Under the pieces are notes generated by a model, which was not told the DNA's origin, searched no databases, and saw only the letters and a program-made list of their open reading frames with translations. Positions 40,181-54,077 of a stretch of 64,000 bases of DNA are shown piece after piece. Origin of the DNA: Octopus sinensis (taxonomy: Eukaryota). The stretch lies in the NCBI RefSeq assembly GCF_006345805.1, contig NC_043002.1:86738001-86802000 (forward strand), in the 5' to 3' direction. Position 1 is the first letter of the stretch. Every line of letters begins with the position of its first letter. The translations under genes and the position numbers were made by a program.

Positions 40181-40794
40181 AGACCTCTAATGACACCTGC
40201 AGACCATAGGTGGCCTGCAACTGTGCCAAGACACAGTAAGTGAAAAGAGAATCCCTTGTTGGTTTGTTGTGTTTGTGTCTTTCACAAAGGCATAAGTAAT
40301 AAAAGTAAAAGATTCTCAAGTGGGAATTGAAACTGAGCCCTTGATTTGGCTTACTGACAACTCACAGTTACTGTACAATGCTTGGTTAGACCTATGTGAT
40401 TGAGCTAGAAAGGGAATGTCGATGTAATCACTCAATGTGCTAAAAATAAAAACCAAAGTTCTATCAATCATGTCCTACTGTCTTAAAACACAGATGAGAT
40501 AATCATGGCTGGAACACACCTTTGATTATAGATCTGTTTAGTGAAGACTGACTTGAGGTTAAACAACAACATATATCATTGATTATTTCATAGATTAACA
40601 AATCATTATTGATAAGAGTGTCGTTAAATCATTTCTTTCTCTCTTCCTCCCCATTCTCTCTCTCCTTCTCTCCAATAGTCACCAATTATTTATAATCAGT
40701 TATATAGTAATGTCATTAAAAAGCAATTCAATTTAAATGTTTGAATAGCATGAGATAGAGAAATAGATAGTTATTTCATGGAAAATGATGGAAA

Positions 40795-41300
40795 GCTCAT
40801 CATCATCATCATCATCATCACCATTTAACGTCTGCTTTCCATGCTAGCATGGGTTGGACGGTTCAACTGGGGTCTGGGAAGCCAGAAGGCTGCACCAGGC
40901 CCAGTCTGATCTGTCAGTGATTCTACAGCTGGATGCCCTTCCTAACACCAACCACTCCGTGAGTGTAGTGGGTGCTTTTTATGTGCCACTGGCACAGGTG
41001 CCAGACGAGGCTGGCAATGGCCACAATCGGATAGTGCTTTTTATGTGTCACCAGCACGGAGGCTAGACAAGGCTGGCAATGGCCTCGATCGGATGGTGCT
41101 TTTTATGTGCCACCGGCACGGAGGCCAGGCAGGGTGGCGCTGGCAACGGCCATGTTCGGATGGTTCTCTTACGTGCCACTGGCACTGGTATCACAACTAC
41201 AATTTCCATTGATGTTGATCAATTTTGATTTTGATTTTCACTTGCCTCAACAGGTCTTCACAAGTAGAGTAAAAATAAAAATTACCCATAGTTATCACTT
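40795..41300 (-). mobile_element. RTE LINE 3' end with five internal repeat units
   Basis: (CAT)n tail; GTGCTTTTTATGTG-type unit repeated four times plus a degenerate fifth. Confidence 0.87.
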
Positions 41301-42276
41301 GCAAGTAAGACTTAGTCGCAAGTACCAAGCTTAATGTTCTAGGTGTCTAGATGTCTATGTAGTCATGAGATTACACAGACATCTTTTCAGTATTCCAACC
41401 CTTGATCCTATAGAACATTCAGGATGTGACAACTAGAGGCAGAAAGGGTTGCACCAGCTGATACCCATTTTCAGTTGAACAGACTGGAATAGCATGAAAT
41501 CATAGATGCACCATTTTACCTGGTACAGGAATTAGATCCACAACCCTATCATTGTGAGTCCAACACTCTAAGTACTCACTCTCATGTAAAAATAGAAATA
41601 CAAGCTGACCTCAACTTACATAATTTCAAGTTATATCTTTTTCGAATTAATGTTTCTTTTAATAAATAAATAAATCACAACCCAAGCCAAATGTTGGTCT
41701 CAGCAAGTATATTTAAAAGCATGAAAATCTTTTTTTTTTTTAATTCTAAAAAATAATACTGAAGTGGAAAATTGAATAAAGTACACATCAAAATATATGC
41801 AAACCATTTATTAAGGTCAGTCCACATTACTCTGTTAGGAGCATAAGGTCAGTTTCTCTTGAGTATATATATTCCTCCTTGGATGGGACACTAGTCTGTT
41901 GCAGGATACTAATTTTTACTGGTTGAGTGGATAAGATCAATGTGAAATGAAATGTTTCACTCAAGAACACAATGTACTGTCTAGTCCAGGAATTGAAACC
42001 ACAATCTTGCAGTCACGAGTTCAACACCCTTATCATGCATCTCCAAACCATCTAGCTTATATGTGTTTTAAAACCATTCATTAAAACACATATAAGCTAA
42101 TAAATTTTTCAAAATGTTTTTTCATGTTACATCACTTCAAGTCAAATTGTATGTCTTGGAACCAGTTACCTACATAGTTGGAGGTATGCCTGTACTTATA
42201 TTTAAGTAACTTATACCTAGCCAAACAGTGATGGGTCTACATATTCCAGTTTCAAATCGTTGCTGTTGTTACTTAA

Positions 42277-42497
42277 CCCTTTTGTTACCAACCCAGCTGA
42301 AACTGGCTCTGGCTCTAAGTATAAATGTCTTGTTTTCATAAGTTTTGAATTAAAATCTTCCACCAAACCTTAGACACAATTTATGTTCCTAGCACTTGCT
42401 GAATGATAACTAAGTTATTTTACTAAATTCTTTGTTATATTTAAAGTAATTGAAAGAAAAACAGAGTATCTCAAAATAAATACAGTTATGAAAAGGC
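42277..42497. mobile_element. piggyBac-type MITE family B
   Basis: TTAA-CCCTTTTGTTACC...AAAAGG(C)-TAA; reverse-orientation copy at 57107-57327. Confidence 0.8.
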
Positions 42498-42734
42498 TAA
42501 CCTCAGGTCAGCCCTGACTGAGCAGATCAATGGTCAATAGAACTGTAGCCACTGCAATTCCATCCCATCCTATCCTTCCTTTGGACATTAAGAGAAGATT
42601 ATATAATGCTGTGATTCTTAACCATTTTCTTACCTGTGGCTCCTCTTGATTCTTATTTTCTCTGTTGGATACCTATAGCCATTTGATGTGTAAAAAAATT
42701 CTATTGTATTTTTTATAATTAATTATTATTAGGA

Positions 42735-43092
42735 ACTCTTTTACTCTTTTACTCTTTTACTTGTTTCAGTTATTTGACTGTGGCCATGCTGGAGCACCGC
42801 CTTTAGTCGAGCAAATCGACCCCAGGACTTATTCTTTGTAAGCCTAGTACTTATTCTATCGGTCTCTTTTGCCGAACTGCTAAGTTATGGGGACGTAAAC
42901 ACACCAGCATTGGTTGTCAGTCAGGGGGACAAAAACAGACACACAAACACACACACACACATATATATACATATACCAAATCCACTCACAAAGCTCTGGT
43001 CGGTCCGAGGCTATAGTAGATGACACTTGCCCAAGGTGCCATGCAGTGGGAATGAACCCAGAACCATATAGTTGGTAAGCAAGCTACTTACC
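42735..43092 (-). mobile_element. SINE-1 copy
   Basis: Family match, including the (CTCTTTTA)n tail. Confidence 0.9.
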
Positions 43093-43726
43093 ACACAGCC
43101 ACTCCTGTACCTAGGAATGTATAAAAAAAATTATTTAAACATTTTGTGTATTGTAAAAGTATAATCGATGTATTGCTCATAAGCTTTAACAACAAAATCT
43201 TATATGGACTCCCAAAGCTCATTTGGACCCTAGTTGAGAATCATTGACCTAATGTGTCCTTCAAGTGTAAGTTGGGGTTGATTTGGCTGCTATTTCTTAC
43301 AAGTTTAACAACTACATAGATGATCCCTTATTGGCTCTTCTAATTTCAAGTAAAAAGTTCATATGGCTGACAAAACACAAATAGGTCTAAATGTGTGATT
43401 GTCTTGTAATGTTGGCTTCTGGTTTCGCTTTCATTTGTGCACACAAATAGATATATGTATGTCTGTATGTGTACACACACACACACACAAAGTGAGAGTG
43501 GGAGAGAAGGAGAGAGAGAGACATACATCTTCTTTTAAACTTTCTTTCCTCTTTAAACTGTTACCTGACACTATACTTCTTAGCTATCTTGTAAGAGATA
43601 AGAATGGTGATTCTTTATCTGTATGTAAGGAGTTTAATTTGGGATATACTGTTGCATACCAGCCATCATGTACTACAACCATAATTAAAACCGGAGCTAA
43701 GCTCCAATACCAAAGCTCTTTTTATA

Positions 43727-43727
<1 letters not shown>

Positions 43728-43783
<56 letters not shown>
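43728..43783. repeat. (ATT)n microsatellite
   Basis: Read directly. Confidence 0.98.
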
Positions 43784-44259
43784 TAGCCTGGGGAACAAAG
43801 ACCATCAAATACTCACAGTTGTTGCAGGCATTCCTGGTCAGTGAGATCAATGCAGTTCATGTTTAGGTTAATATTTAAGGAACAAGGGTGGATCAAAGTG
43901 TTTGATATGTGATTCAGTTCATCTGTCAAAAATAGATAACATATCCTCTAGGAAGATTAGTAATTTGGTGGGGAAGAGATTCACTTAATCCTTTTGTAAC
44001 CAAAGTTAGGCACTATATATTATAGGTCCCTTGTACATCTGGATATATTTTGATTACATTTTAAACTGTAAAAGATATTCTTGAAGCAAATAAATATTTC
44101 TTTAAGCTTATAAATTTTGAAAAGCAAAATATGTCCTCAATAGCTATACTAAATAATGACTTTTTACAGCAGCACTAGATTAAATGTTTAGTTGGTGGGG
44201 TAATAGCTGATTGAACCGATCTTAAAATATGGTTGGTACATTATTTATAATTGCTGAAT

Positions 44260-44675
44260 GGATCTTTTCGGTTTGAACGGCAGTTTTTTCTAGCAGTGTC
44301 ATATGAAATTGTCACCCATAATTATGACCCTAGTATCGATCTATTGCATTTCATTCTATTTTAGGGTTAGGGTTAGGGTTAGGGGTGGGGGGAAGGGTAT
44401 CTTTTTTTCTTCACAAAACCCAATCTGTTTCTTAAACAAGGGACATATTCATACAGCACGGAATCTTTTTTTACCTCAATACACGTCATTGATTGGTTGA
44501 AATTGCCGAAATTGAAGAAAAACAACAACAAATATCTTACAAACTATAGAATTTTATCAATAAAGTCAAGAGAAAAAGATGTTTTATAAACATATTCTAC
44601 CAGTATACGAAGTTTAAAATTTTTTAGTTACCTAGATATTATGTTAAAAACTGCCGTTCAAACTGAAAAGATCCA
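44260..44675. mobile_element. Second copy of the TTAGGG-containing MITE
   Basis: TIR GGATCTTTTCGGTTTGAACGGCAGTTTTT and its near-complement; TGCTGAAT at 44252-59 and 44676-83; (TTAGGG)x3 at ~44360-44383. Confidence 0.9.
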
Positions 44676-45044
44676 TGCTGAATAGATGGAAGGTAAATAT
44701 CAACTTTGAAGATATACATACTTGGATAAATTACAAACGGTAACAATTCTTGAGCTAGCAAAGAAGCCTCTATGAGGTCACTCAACCTACAAAAACTTGC
44801 AGTAGACAAGTCTACTTCAAATTCTATCCTACTGTCTTCAAAAATGGCTAAATGTACAGGATAAACAAATACTGAATATAATTTGTGAGAAAAGATGACC
44901 AAGATTAGAGGATCAAGTAGTTGGAGGGTTATGTTCAAATATCTTTGAAGATTGACAGTAGTTATAACTTTGCATAGTAGTTATAACTTTGCATGAAATA
45001 GGCACTAAGGCCTCTAGAAAGTTAAGTGTTAAAGTCTTTGAAAT

Positions 45045-45620
45045 CATCATCATCATCGTTTAACATCCGCTTTCCATGCTCGCATGGGTTGGACGATTTT
45101 GACTGAGGTCTTGCAAACCAGATGGTTGCACCAGGCTCCAATCTTGATTTGGCAGAGTTTCTACAGCTTGATGCCCTTCCTAATGCTAACCACTCCGAGA
45201 CTGTAGTGGGTGCTTTTTACGTGCCACCAGCATGGGGGCCAGTCAGGCGGTACTGGCAACGACCTCGCTCGAATCCTTTTACACATGTCACTGGCACAGG
45301 TGCCAGTAAAGCATCGTTGGTAACAATCATGCTCAAATGGTGCCCTTTTACGTGCCACTGGCACGGAAGCCAGTTGGCTGCTCTGGCAATGATCACACTC
45401 AGATGGTGGCAATGATCACACTCAGATGGTGCTCTTGGCACCCTACTAGAACGGGCACAAGTGCCAGTAAGGCGATGCTGGTAACGATCACACTTGAATG
45501 GTGCTCTTTAAGTGCCACTGGCACGGAAGCCGATTAGCCACTTTGTCAATGATCATGCTCGTATGGTGCTCTTTGCACCCTGCCAACACGGACGCCAGTC
45601 ATCGAATTTGAATATTCACA
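45045..45620 (-). mobile_element. RTE LINE 3' end; inverted partner of 48370-48700
   Basis: Family match. Confidence 0.87.
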
Positions 45621-45919
45621 CAAATACTACCAAACCACATTTCCAAATAAACCATAACATATACATCTTTACAGGTAAAATAATAGTAGCATTGGTAGCA
45701 ATAACTATGATAAAAACAGGAGGTATTATTGTTATCTTCCTTCCTGATGTGACAGATGTCCATAGAGTACATCTTAAAATAAACATTTCATGCACAAAAA
45801 ATTAATTTTTGCTATATGAAAAAAAAACTGTAAATTCAACATTAACAACATTAAAAACACCTTCGTGAAACTAAATTATTTTTGTCATCACTCACAACAT
45901 TCAGAGATAAAAATAATTC

Positions 45920-46127
45920 TCTTTTACTCTTTTGCTTGTTTCAGTCATTTGACTGCGGCCATGCTGGAGCACCATCTTTAGTCGAGCAAATCGACCCCAG
46001 GACTTATTCTTTGTAAGCCTAGTACTTATTCTATTGGCCTCTTTTGCCAAACTGCTAAGTTACGGGGACGTAAACACACCAGCATCGGTTGTCAAGCGAT
46101 GGTGGGGGGACAAACACAGATACACAA

Positions 46128-46182
<55 letters not shown>

Positions 46183-46347
46183 TACAACGGGCTTCTTTCA
46201 GTTTCCGTCTACCAAATCCACTCACAAGGCTTTGGTCAGCCCGAAGCTATAGTAGAAGACACTTGCCCATGGTGCCACACAGTGGAACTGAATCCGGAAC
46301 CATGTGCTTGGTAAGCAAGCTACTTACCACACAGCCACTCCTGTGCC
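45920..46347 (-). mobile_element. SINE-1 copy
   Basis: Family match. Confidence 0.92.
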
Positions 46348-46499
46348 TGGTAACACCCCCAACTATCAAAAATGATATTTCTAAGGAAACAGAAAACAAC
46401 ACAACACTAGAAATGCAAACTTTCAAAATAAAACTGCAGCGTGAAGTACATTAATATAACACACACACACACACACACATTTATATTTATTTATGAGAA

Positions 46500-47850
46500 T
46501 GTTGATTTATATATTTATTTATATACTGACCTCACTAACTAACCCATCAGGTTGCACACCTCAGCTGTAAATTATAACATTCTTACAAACACTACCATCA
46601 CTAACACCGGAGGAGACTTCATTGCATGCAAAACCTTCTAGTTTCATAATATTAACAGATAACAAGAAATGTGACATAATATCATTGCATTTAGATTCCC
46701 TTTATATCCTAAACAATTCATGTCCACACATATATCTCATCAAGCCAACTACAATGATTTTCCCCCAGACATCAACTTATGCTCCCAACACCTAACTACC
46801 ACAAATACTTAGCAAACAATTCTCAAACTTTCTTTGGACTACATACCAATCATCATCAATGAAGAAAGCAAAAATATGTTTACAAACTTCAGAAAAACAT
46901 ATTAGAATGTGTTCTAGCAAGACGGCGGCGAGCTGACAGAATCATTAGCATGCCGGGCGAAATGCTTAGCGGTATTTTTCGTCTGCCATTACGTTCTGGG
47001 TATAAATTCCGCCGAGGTCAACTTTGCCTTTCATCCTTTCAGGGTCGATAAATTAAGTACCAATTACGCACTGGGGTTGATATAATCGACTCAATCCCTT
47101 TGTCTGTCCTTGTTTGTCCCCTTTAAGTTTAACCCCTTGTGGGCAATAAAAAAATAAGAATGTGTTCTAGCAAGAAACAGAATCAAGGCTTTCAGAATTC
47201 AGCAATATCACAATCACAAACAGACACTGCAACACATATTCAATGAATTAATTATAGATGTATGTAAAACAAACGTATTCCACAAAACAACATAAAAAAT
47301 ACTGCTCTAATTATACACCAGAAATAGCAACTTCATGCAAACTAGACTCAGTCTCGAAGACAATAGCCAAAACCACACACAACTGGAATGAAACTCAATA
47401 TCAAACAATTAAACAAGGAAGTAAGAATAAATGAATCATGGAAAAGTGAGAACTGGCAGATATTTGTATCCAACATAAACCACAAAACTAACAGTAAAAC
47501 ACTATGCATAGTAAGTAGCAAGACATTTTACAACAACAAAAAAAATCAACCATCAAATACATGTAAAGCATTAGGAAGATCTAAAAACTCAAAAACCACA
47601 GAGCCAAACAAAATCATACTCACAAAAAAAAAAAAGGCAACTAAAATACTTAATGCCTAAAAGAATCATTGCACTTACCAACATCTACAACTACTTATCC
47701 AAACAATGTCAAATTCTCAGAATCTGGGGAAAATTATGATAATTCTAAAACCAAATATAACACTAGTGAGGTAACACTGAAAATTCTAGCAAAGCCAATC
47801 CTTATCATCACTCACCCATATATATATCACTCCTTGAATTGGCAAAAGTG
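46500..47850 (+). mobile_element. Very decayed LINE endonuclease/linker region, interrupted by a SINE
   Basis: Remnants TGGDFIAC... and PDINLCS...; A-rich coding-like composition. Clade uncertain. Confidence 0.45.
46923..47156 (+). mobile_element. SINE-3, full length, perfect 19-bp TSD
   Basis: AGAATGTGTTCTAGCAAGA at 46904-46922 and 47157-47175. Confidence 0.93.
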
Positions 47851-48369
47851 CTAAAGCATTGAACAGGATGCTTTGTGGTATCTGTTTTGGTCCAATCTAA
47901 CAGCAATGTCATTACTGACACTTGTACCAAACTGTATCAGCTTTAACCCTTCAACTGTGAAATTAGATACAGGGTTATTCCAGTAAAGATGCTAAATATC
48001 TACCAAATAAAAAAAATTGGTATTTTCTGTAAGTCATGTTGTCTCAATAAACTTGACATATCTCAACAAGAAATTATTTCAAACAAGACATTTCTCAGCA
48101 AAAGATAGATTACTATAAAAAAAAATTGCTTTCCACAGTTAAGGGTAATGAAATTTTGAGTGGGTATATCTTTCTACAGTAAAGGTGTTAAGGTAGCGGT
48201 TCTTTTCCTTAGTCAACACTGGTGGCATGGAGAGGGGAGATTTGCATTCACGTGTAACAGTCAGTCTTCCACATGTAAATAAAAAAATTTTAAAATTAAA
48301 ATCTCCAGGCCTGCAGATATCCATTCAACCCTGTGTATCTGAGGCCCCCAGAAAATTTTCATTAGTTAG

Positions 48370-48700
48370 CCAACTGGCTTCCATGCCAGTGGCACGTAAA
48401 AGGGCACCATTCGAGCGTGATTGTTACCAAAGTTGCCTTACTGGCACCTGTGCTGGTGGCATGTGTAAAAGGATTCAAGCTAGGTCATTGCCAGTACCGC
48501 CTGACTGGCCCCATGCTGGTGGCACGTAAAAAGCACCCACTACAGTCTCGGAGTGGTTGGCATAGGAAGGACATCCAGCTATAGAAACTCTGCCAAATCA
48601 AGATTGGAGCCTGGTGCAACCATCTGGTTCGTCAGCCATCAGTCCAACCCATGCGAGCATGGAAAGCGGATGTTAAACGATGATGATGATGATGATGATG
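48370..48700 (+). mobile_element. RTE LINE 3' end with (GAT)n tail
   Basis: Family match. Confidence 0.87.
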
Positions 48701-50794
48701 ATGTTGAATATACCTAATTCTGTTTCAACAGACCTAACACATGGAGTTAGCGAATATGGAAACAATACATACATCTTGGTTTTTAGATATACCATACTTC
48801 AGTTCATTCTATGGCCACAGTGGTGGTGGTGGTAGTTACAGTAGATTGAGTCAGTACATGAAGTTGTTGGATTCTTTTGTAGCCAAGTACAAAGATTGGA
48901 TTTAGTGCAATTATTAAAGTTGTGGATGCATTCTTGTTTGTTTTATTTAATTAAATCAAGTAGGAGAGAGATGGTATTCTTTGAGTTGTAGTATCACACT
49001 AGTGTGATGTTAATATATTTTGATGTTTATTGGGAGATTGACCTTTGATTAAAGTAATTGCTATTATTTAGCCCCAGGTTAGAGCTGATGAAGCAGTCCT
49101 CTCATCAACAGAGTTCCAGCTTTGACCGTTGCATCACTTTAGAGGCTTATCTTTTCTTTTATCTTTCACTTGTTTTAGTCATTGGGGTGCTGCCGTGCTG
49201 GGGCACTACTTTAAGAGGTTTAGTCAAACAAATTGAGCCCAAGTCTTTTTTAAAAGCCTGGTACTTATTCTATCACTCCTTTTTGCCGAACCACTAATTT
49301 ATGAGAACATAAACAAACCATCATCAGTTGTCATGTGGTGGTGGTAACAAACACAAGCACAAAGATAAAAACACAGACATATATACATATATAAACAATA
49401 GGCTTCTTTCAGTTTCTGTCTATCAAATCCACTCAAGGCTTTAGTCAGCCCAAGGCTATAGTAGAAGTCACTTGTCTAGGGTTCCACACAGTGGGACAGA
49501 ACCCAGAACCATGTGGTTGGGAAGCAACACCCATGTCTGTACCTACAATATTATGTAATGTATCCTCATGTTTTAAGATAGAGGTCGGTGACAGAAAGAG
49601 CATCCAGCTATAAAAACACTGCCTTAGAAAAACCTGTCTAACCTATGCCAGTATGGAAAAGTGGAAGTAAAACACTGGTGATGATGACACAGTGAAAGGT
49701 GGAAGGGATATTTTTGGTTATTTTGGTTATTTCTAGCTGGGTGAGCAACCACATAAATACTTCCTTGCTAACATACTGATGTTTAGTTGCTATTTAACTT
49801 CAGGTCAGCTCCTGATCAAGCAGGCCCATGATCAAATCCAATCTATCCATGACCATCCCATCTTTTTCCAATGTTCAAAGAATCCAGGACTTCATTATTC
49901 AACATGTTCTTTTTAAGATGGTACATGTGATTTGAGGAAGATTTAGTTGCTATTTCTTACAGCTTGAGTGACTGTATAAAGGCCCCTGCCTCAACTTATT
50001 ACTGAAACAGAACTATGTTCCTTGAATATCTTGGTAGTCTTTTAATTCTGTTATTGTTTTCCTGATTTGATGATCAAAGATTGTGATGTTTATGCATGCA
50101 GCTTTTCTGCTCTAAAATTTATTGTTGTTTAATGATGCTTGTATATTTAAAACAAGTGTTGTGGAGATGAGATCAAAATTAGATATTCCTTCTTGGAATT
50201 GGGAATAAAATTTCTTTAACTGAAAAATACTTCTTTTTTTTTTTTTTAATATCATTTGAAATATCATCGTAGTTTGAAAATCCTCTCTTTTTCTTGATAA
50301 TCCTTTTTGTAGAAAGGTAGAGTCTTTGTCAGTCAATGTGACTATGAATCTGCATATGTATGTAGTCCTGGCTATGATATATTTGATGAGGGCAAGCAGT
50401 TAAGTTGCTTCTTCATGTTACCAATATTTATCCAAGAGAAAGGCTACTGACTTGGGCCAATATTGCTTGGCACCAATGTCATTGCAAGTATTGTTCACAA
50501 GACATGAAGAATTGAACTGCAAAGCATCTTGCCCAACCCTCTAATAGTTCTGTCAATTCATCATCCTAGATTTGTATATTGGTATTTGTTTTTATCAACC
50601 CCAGGAGAATAAAGAGAAAGCAACAGGATTTGAACAACTCACAGTGCAGAGAGTTGGAATAAATATCATGAGGCATTCTTTCCAACACTCCTTATGATTC
50701 TACCTATTCACCATTGGTGATGAATCCATATGTTTCGGATTTTACTGGATTTTGTCAACCTTTTAAAGTAGTTCTTAAAGTAGAAATGTTAGAC

Positions 50795-51187
50795 ATACTC
50801 TTTTACTTGTTTCAGTCATTTGACTGTGGCCATGCTGGAGCACCACCTTTAGTCGAGCAAATCAACCCCAGGACCTATTCTTTGTAAGCCTAGTACTTAT
50901 TCTATCGGTCTCTTTACTGAACCGCTAAGTTACGCAGACGTAAACACACTAGCATCGGTTGTCAAGCGATGGTGGGGGGACAAACATAAACAAATATATA
51001 TATATACATACATATATATATATATATATATGATGGGCTTCTTTCAGTTTCCGTCTACCAAATTGACTCACAAGGCTTTGGTCAGCCCAAGGCTATAGTA
51101 GAAGACACTTGCCCAAGTTGCCACGTAGTGGGACTGAACCCGGAACCATGTGGTTTGTAAGCAAGCTACTTACCATACAGCCACTCA
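50795..51187 (-). mobile_element. SINE-1 copy; more at ~28630-28925, ~32560-33135, ~34420-34735 and ~49130-49530
   Basis: Family match. Confidence 0.9.
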
Positions 51188-51299
51188 CATTTTTTTCTTA
51201 AATTAACTTTTTTCAAAAGTAAAGATATTCCTAAATACCAACAAAATCTGAAAATAATCTATTTCTGTATGCGAAAATTATAATTTTGTTAAACACCAT

Positions 51300-51556
51300 T
51301 TATGTATACAATGGACTTGGGAAAGAATCACAAGATGGGTTCCCCAGGCTAAACCAACTGGCAGGAAACCTAGGGGTAGACCAAGAATGAGATGGTTGGA
51401 TAATGTCCATAATCTCAGTTGGTAACACTTTGGAATTCAGCTGAAAAGTATAATGATGGTTGCTTCTAATAGGGCCCTATGGAAGAGCTGCCTGAGAACT
51501 CTATCCTCGTGACCCTTTCAGGAAAAGTGGGCAGAGAAGATGGATGGTTGGATGGA
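51300..51556 (+). mobile_element. 3' end of a different RTE-type LINE with (GATG)n tail
   Basis: KPTGRKPRGRPRMRWLDNV...NRALWKSCLR, the typical RTE C-terminus. Confidence 0.8.
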
Positions 51557-52424
51557 TTTGAAAATACTGTTGTAAAATTGAAATGGTTACTATTATCAGA
51601 AAAGGTAACCCTTTTGGAAGAACACAGATTATCCATGAAAATTAAAATGTTAGTAATATCAGGGATAAAAAAAGAAAACTAGTAAGGAAGTAGCAATTTA
51701 GGTGTTATATCAATGAAGATGAGTTAATTCAATGAAAGATGAGCTTTATGAGTAAACAATTTTCAAGTAGCAATAACCACACAAGGGTTAATCTTCATTA
51801 GCTATGATACTAACTGTGTAAAAATACTAAGTAGAAAATAGGTTACTGATAAAATGTAATCATAGTCATTGTTATTTGACCCTAGGTTGATACTGATTAA
51901 GAAGACATGATTAAAGGTTTCAACCTTGACAATCCCATCTAAAAGACTGCATCATACAATATATACTTTCCTTTTTCTTAAGATAGCAGAGTGTTATTGA
52001 AAGAATTTAGTTGCTATTTCTAGCTGGTCTAATGGCTACATGACTATGTGGATGCTGCCTTGGCTCATCTTATTGATTGTTGATATAAAAGATGAGCATT
52101 ATGGATAATGTGTTGTTAGAAGAGATTCCTATTAAGTGGGTATCTTTTCAAAACCCTCCTTCAACTGATGATATTTTATTAAATGTGATCACTGGATATG
52201 GTCTGTTGAGGTGTGTGTGTGTGATATACAATAGCAGATCAGAATGATATCCATACTATTTGTAGTTAGAATGAAAACTACCTTTTAATAAGTCTTAGGT
52301 TTCTTTTCTTTTTTACTACTTAAAGATATTGGAGAAAAATAAGAGGTTATAAGTGGTAATTTAAAAGATCTCAAATGACTGTCTTTGTTGTTATGTAAAA
52401 GATATTGGCATAATCTCTTTTAAT

Positions 52425-54077
52425 AATCTATATATATACCATAAGTCCTCGAGTATAATCCGCATTTTTTTCTCAAAATTTAAAGGTCAAAATCCCTAGT
52501 GCGTACTATATACGAGGTTAAAAATGAAAATTATTTTCTAAGCAATGTCTGCATCTCTATTTGCTGTCCGGCAATGTTTATTCAGATGCATTTTTGATGT
52601 CAGGCGCAAAAATATCTTAAACTAAGCCTGAAAGCAATGAAGTCATAAAAGAATCATCCATAATTTGCAGTAAGCAACATTTATTAAATATTATTACTGT
52701 TATTACTGTTATTTCTTTATTTCCTGCAAACAAAATGCACAAAAAAGCTACACGTTTGCATTATGTTATATGTACAATAATAATAAAGTACGTTACCGTA
52801 TACATTTTTATAAACCAAGGACGTTAAATAGACCTCCTTGACTCAAGATAGAGAAAGGGTGCATATTATACACAAAGTTTAGGTTATTCAGAGGTACAGC
52901 CCCCTAAAAATCCCCTGCATATTATACTCGAGGGCGGACTATACACGAGGATTTACAGTGTAATACAGAAGATGTCTGTCTGTGTAACTACATGCATTTC
53001 TACATTTTACAACCGATTTGCACCAAATTTCATATGTAGGTTTCTGAAGTCCTATTACATGTCATAGGCTATTTTTTCTGTACATCGATTGTGGGGCTCC
53101 CAGGGGTAGATAACCCCCTTAAGCCTCTCTTTTGGTGTCAGCAGCACTGCTGCATAAAGGCCCCATAATTCCTGCTGTTTGCCTCCTATCTTCACCAAAA
53201 TTAATCCTTTGTTTGCTTATGGCCTACAAATAAAGTTGCAAGCATGCACTTGTGCAGAAATTCAGGTAGGGGACCCCTTAGGGGGCAGTAAACCGATTTT
53301 GATGGATATTGAAGCTGATATCATCAATACAACAAAACGTCATAACTGCTTGTGTTAGTGTTTGGTTTTCATGAAATGAGACATATTGATTACTATTGGC
53401 TCACAGAGGAAGGTGAACACATGATCTTTTACTTGAACTTATCATACTGCAATTTTTCAGACATTTTTGCCTGTATCCTTTGAATAGTTAGTATTTACTT
53501 ATTGCTATTGTTACGAACAACTTTTACATGCTTTTCTAGGTTACAATTTCAAATAACAAATAAAGCAAATACAACACACCAAAGTGGTGTGAAGGACTTC
53601 TTGAGGGCCACCACCTCTAATTGGAGTCGTCTTTGCTGACAGCTCTACTGCTGGGACTTTTAAGAGTGAATGATCAGGGCTACCAAGTTTAAATTGTTAC
53701 TATCGGATTCATCTTTGCTGGCAGCACCACTGCTGAGAAAATTCAAAGTGAATGCTAAAAGGTCATCTTCAGGGCCACCAACTATAAATTGTTATCACTG
53801 GATTCGTCTTTGCTGGGAGCACTGCCTCTGGGACTTTTAAGAGTGAACAATCCAAGGCTCGCTTTGGGGCCAGCAAGATTAAATTGTTACCATTGGATCC
53901 ATCTTTGTTGACAGCACCACTGCAGAATTATTTGATAGTGAACGTTCAAAGGTACTCTTTAGAACCAACACCTGTAAATTGTTACTTCTATAGTCATGTT
54001 TGAAGGAAGTCTTTTGGTTCATTTGAATGACTATTCCGTTGAGAGTTATACCAGGCAACGCTGAGTACCTCTGCTAG
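52425..54077 (-). mobile_element. HINE/pearl-like non-autonomous element with an internal tandem array, carrying a nested MITE
   Basis: Minus strand starts ACTAGCAGAGGTACTCAGCGTTGCCTGG and ends TATATATAGAT; (GTCT) tract near the end; four degenerate 80-95-bp units at ~53600-53990. Confidence 0.6.
52439..52958. mobile_element. pogo/Tigger-like MITE (~520 bp) inserted in a TA run
   Basis: CCATAAGTCCTCGAGTATAATCCGC versus GCGGACTATACACGAGGATTTACAG imperfect TIRs; TA on the left. Confidence 0.75.

Noticed and set aside
40850-41200. CRISPR-like repeat-spacer appearance of the GGTGCTTTTTA units
   Set aside because: The spacers are homologous to each other, the context is a eukaryotic LINE 3' UTR, and there are no cas genes.
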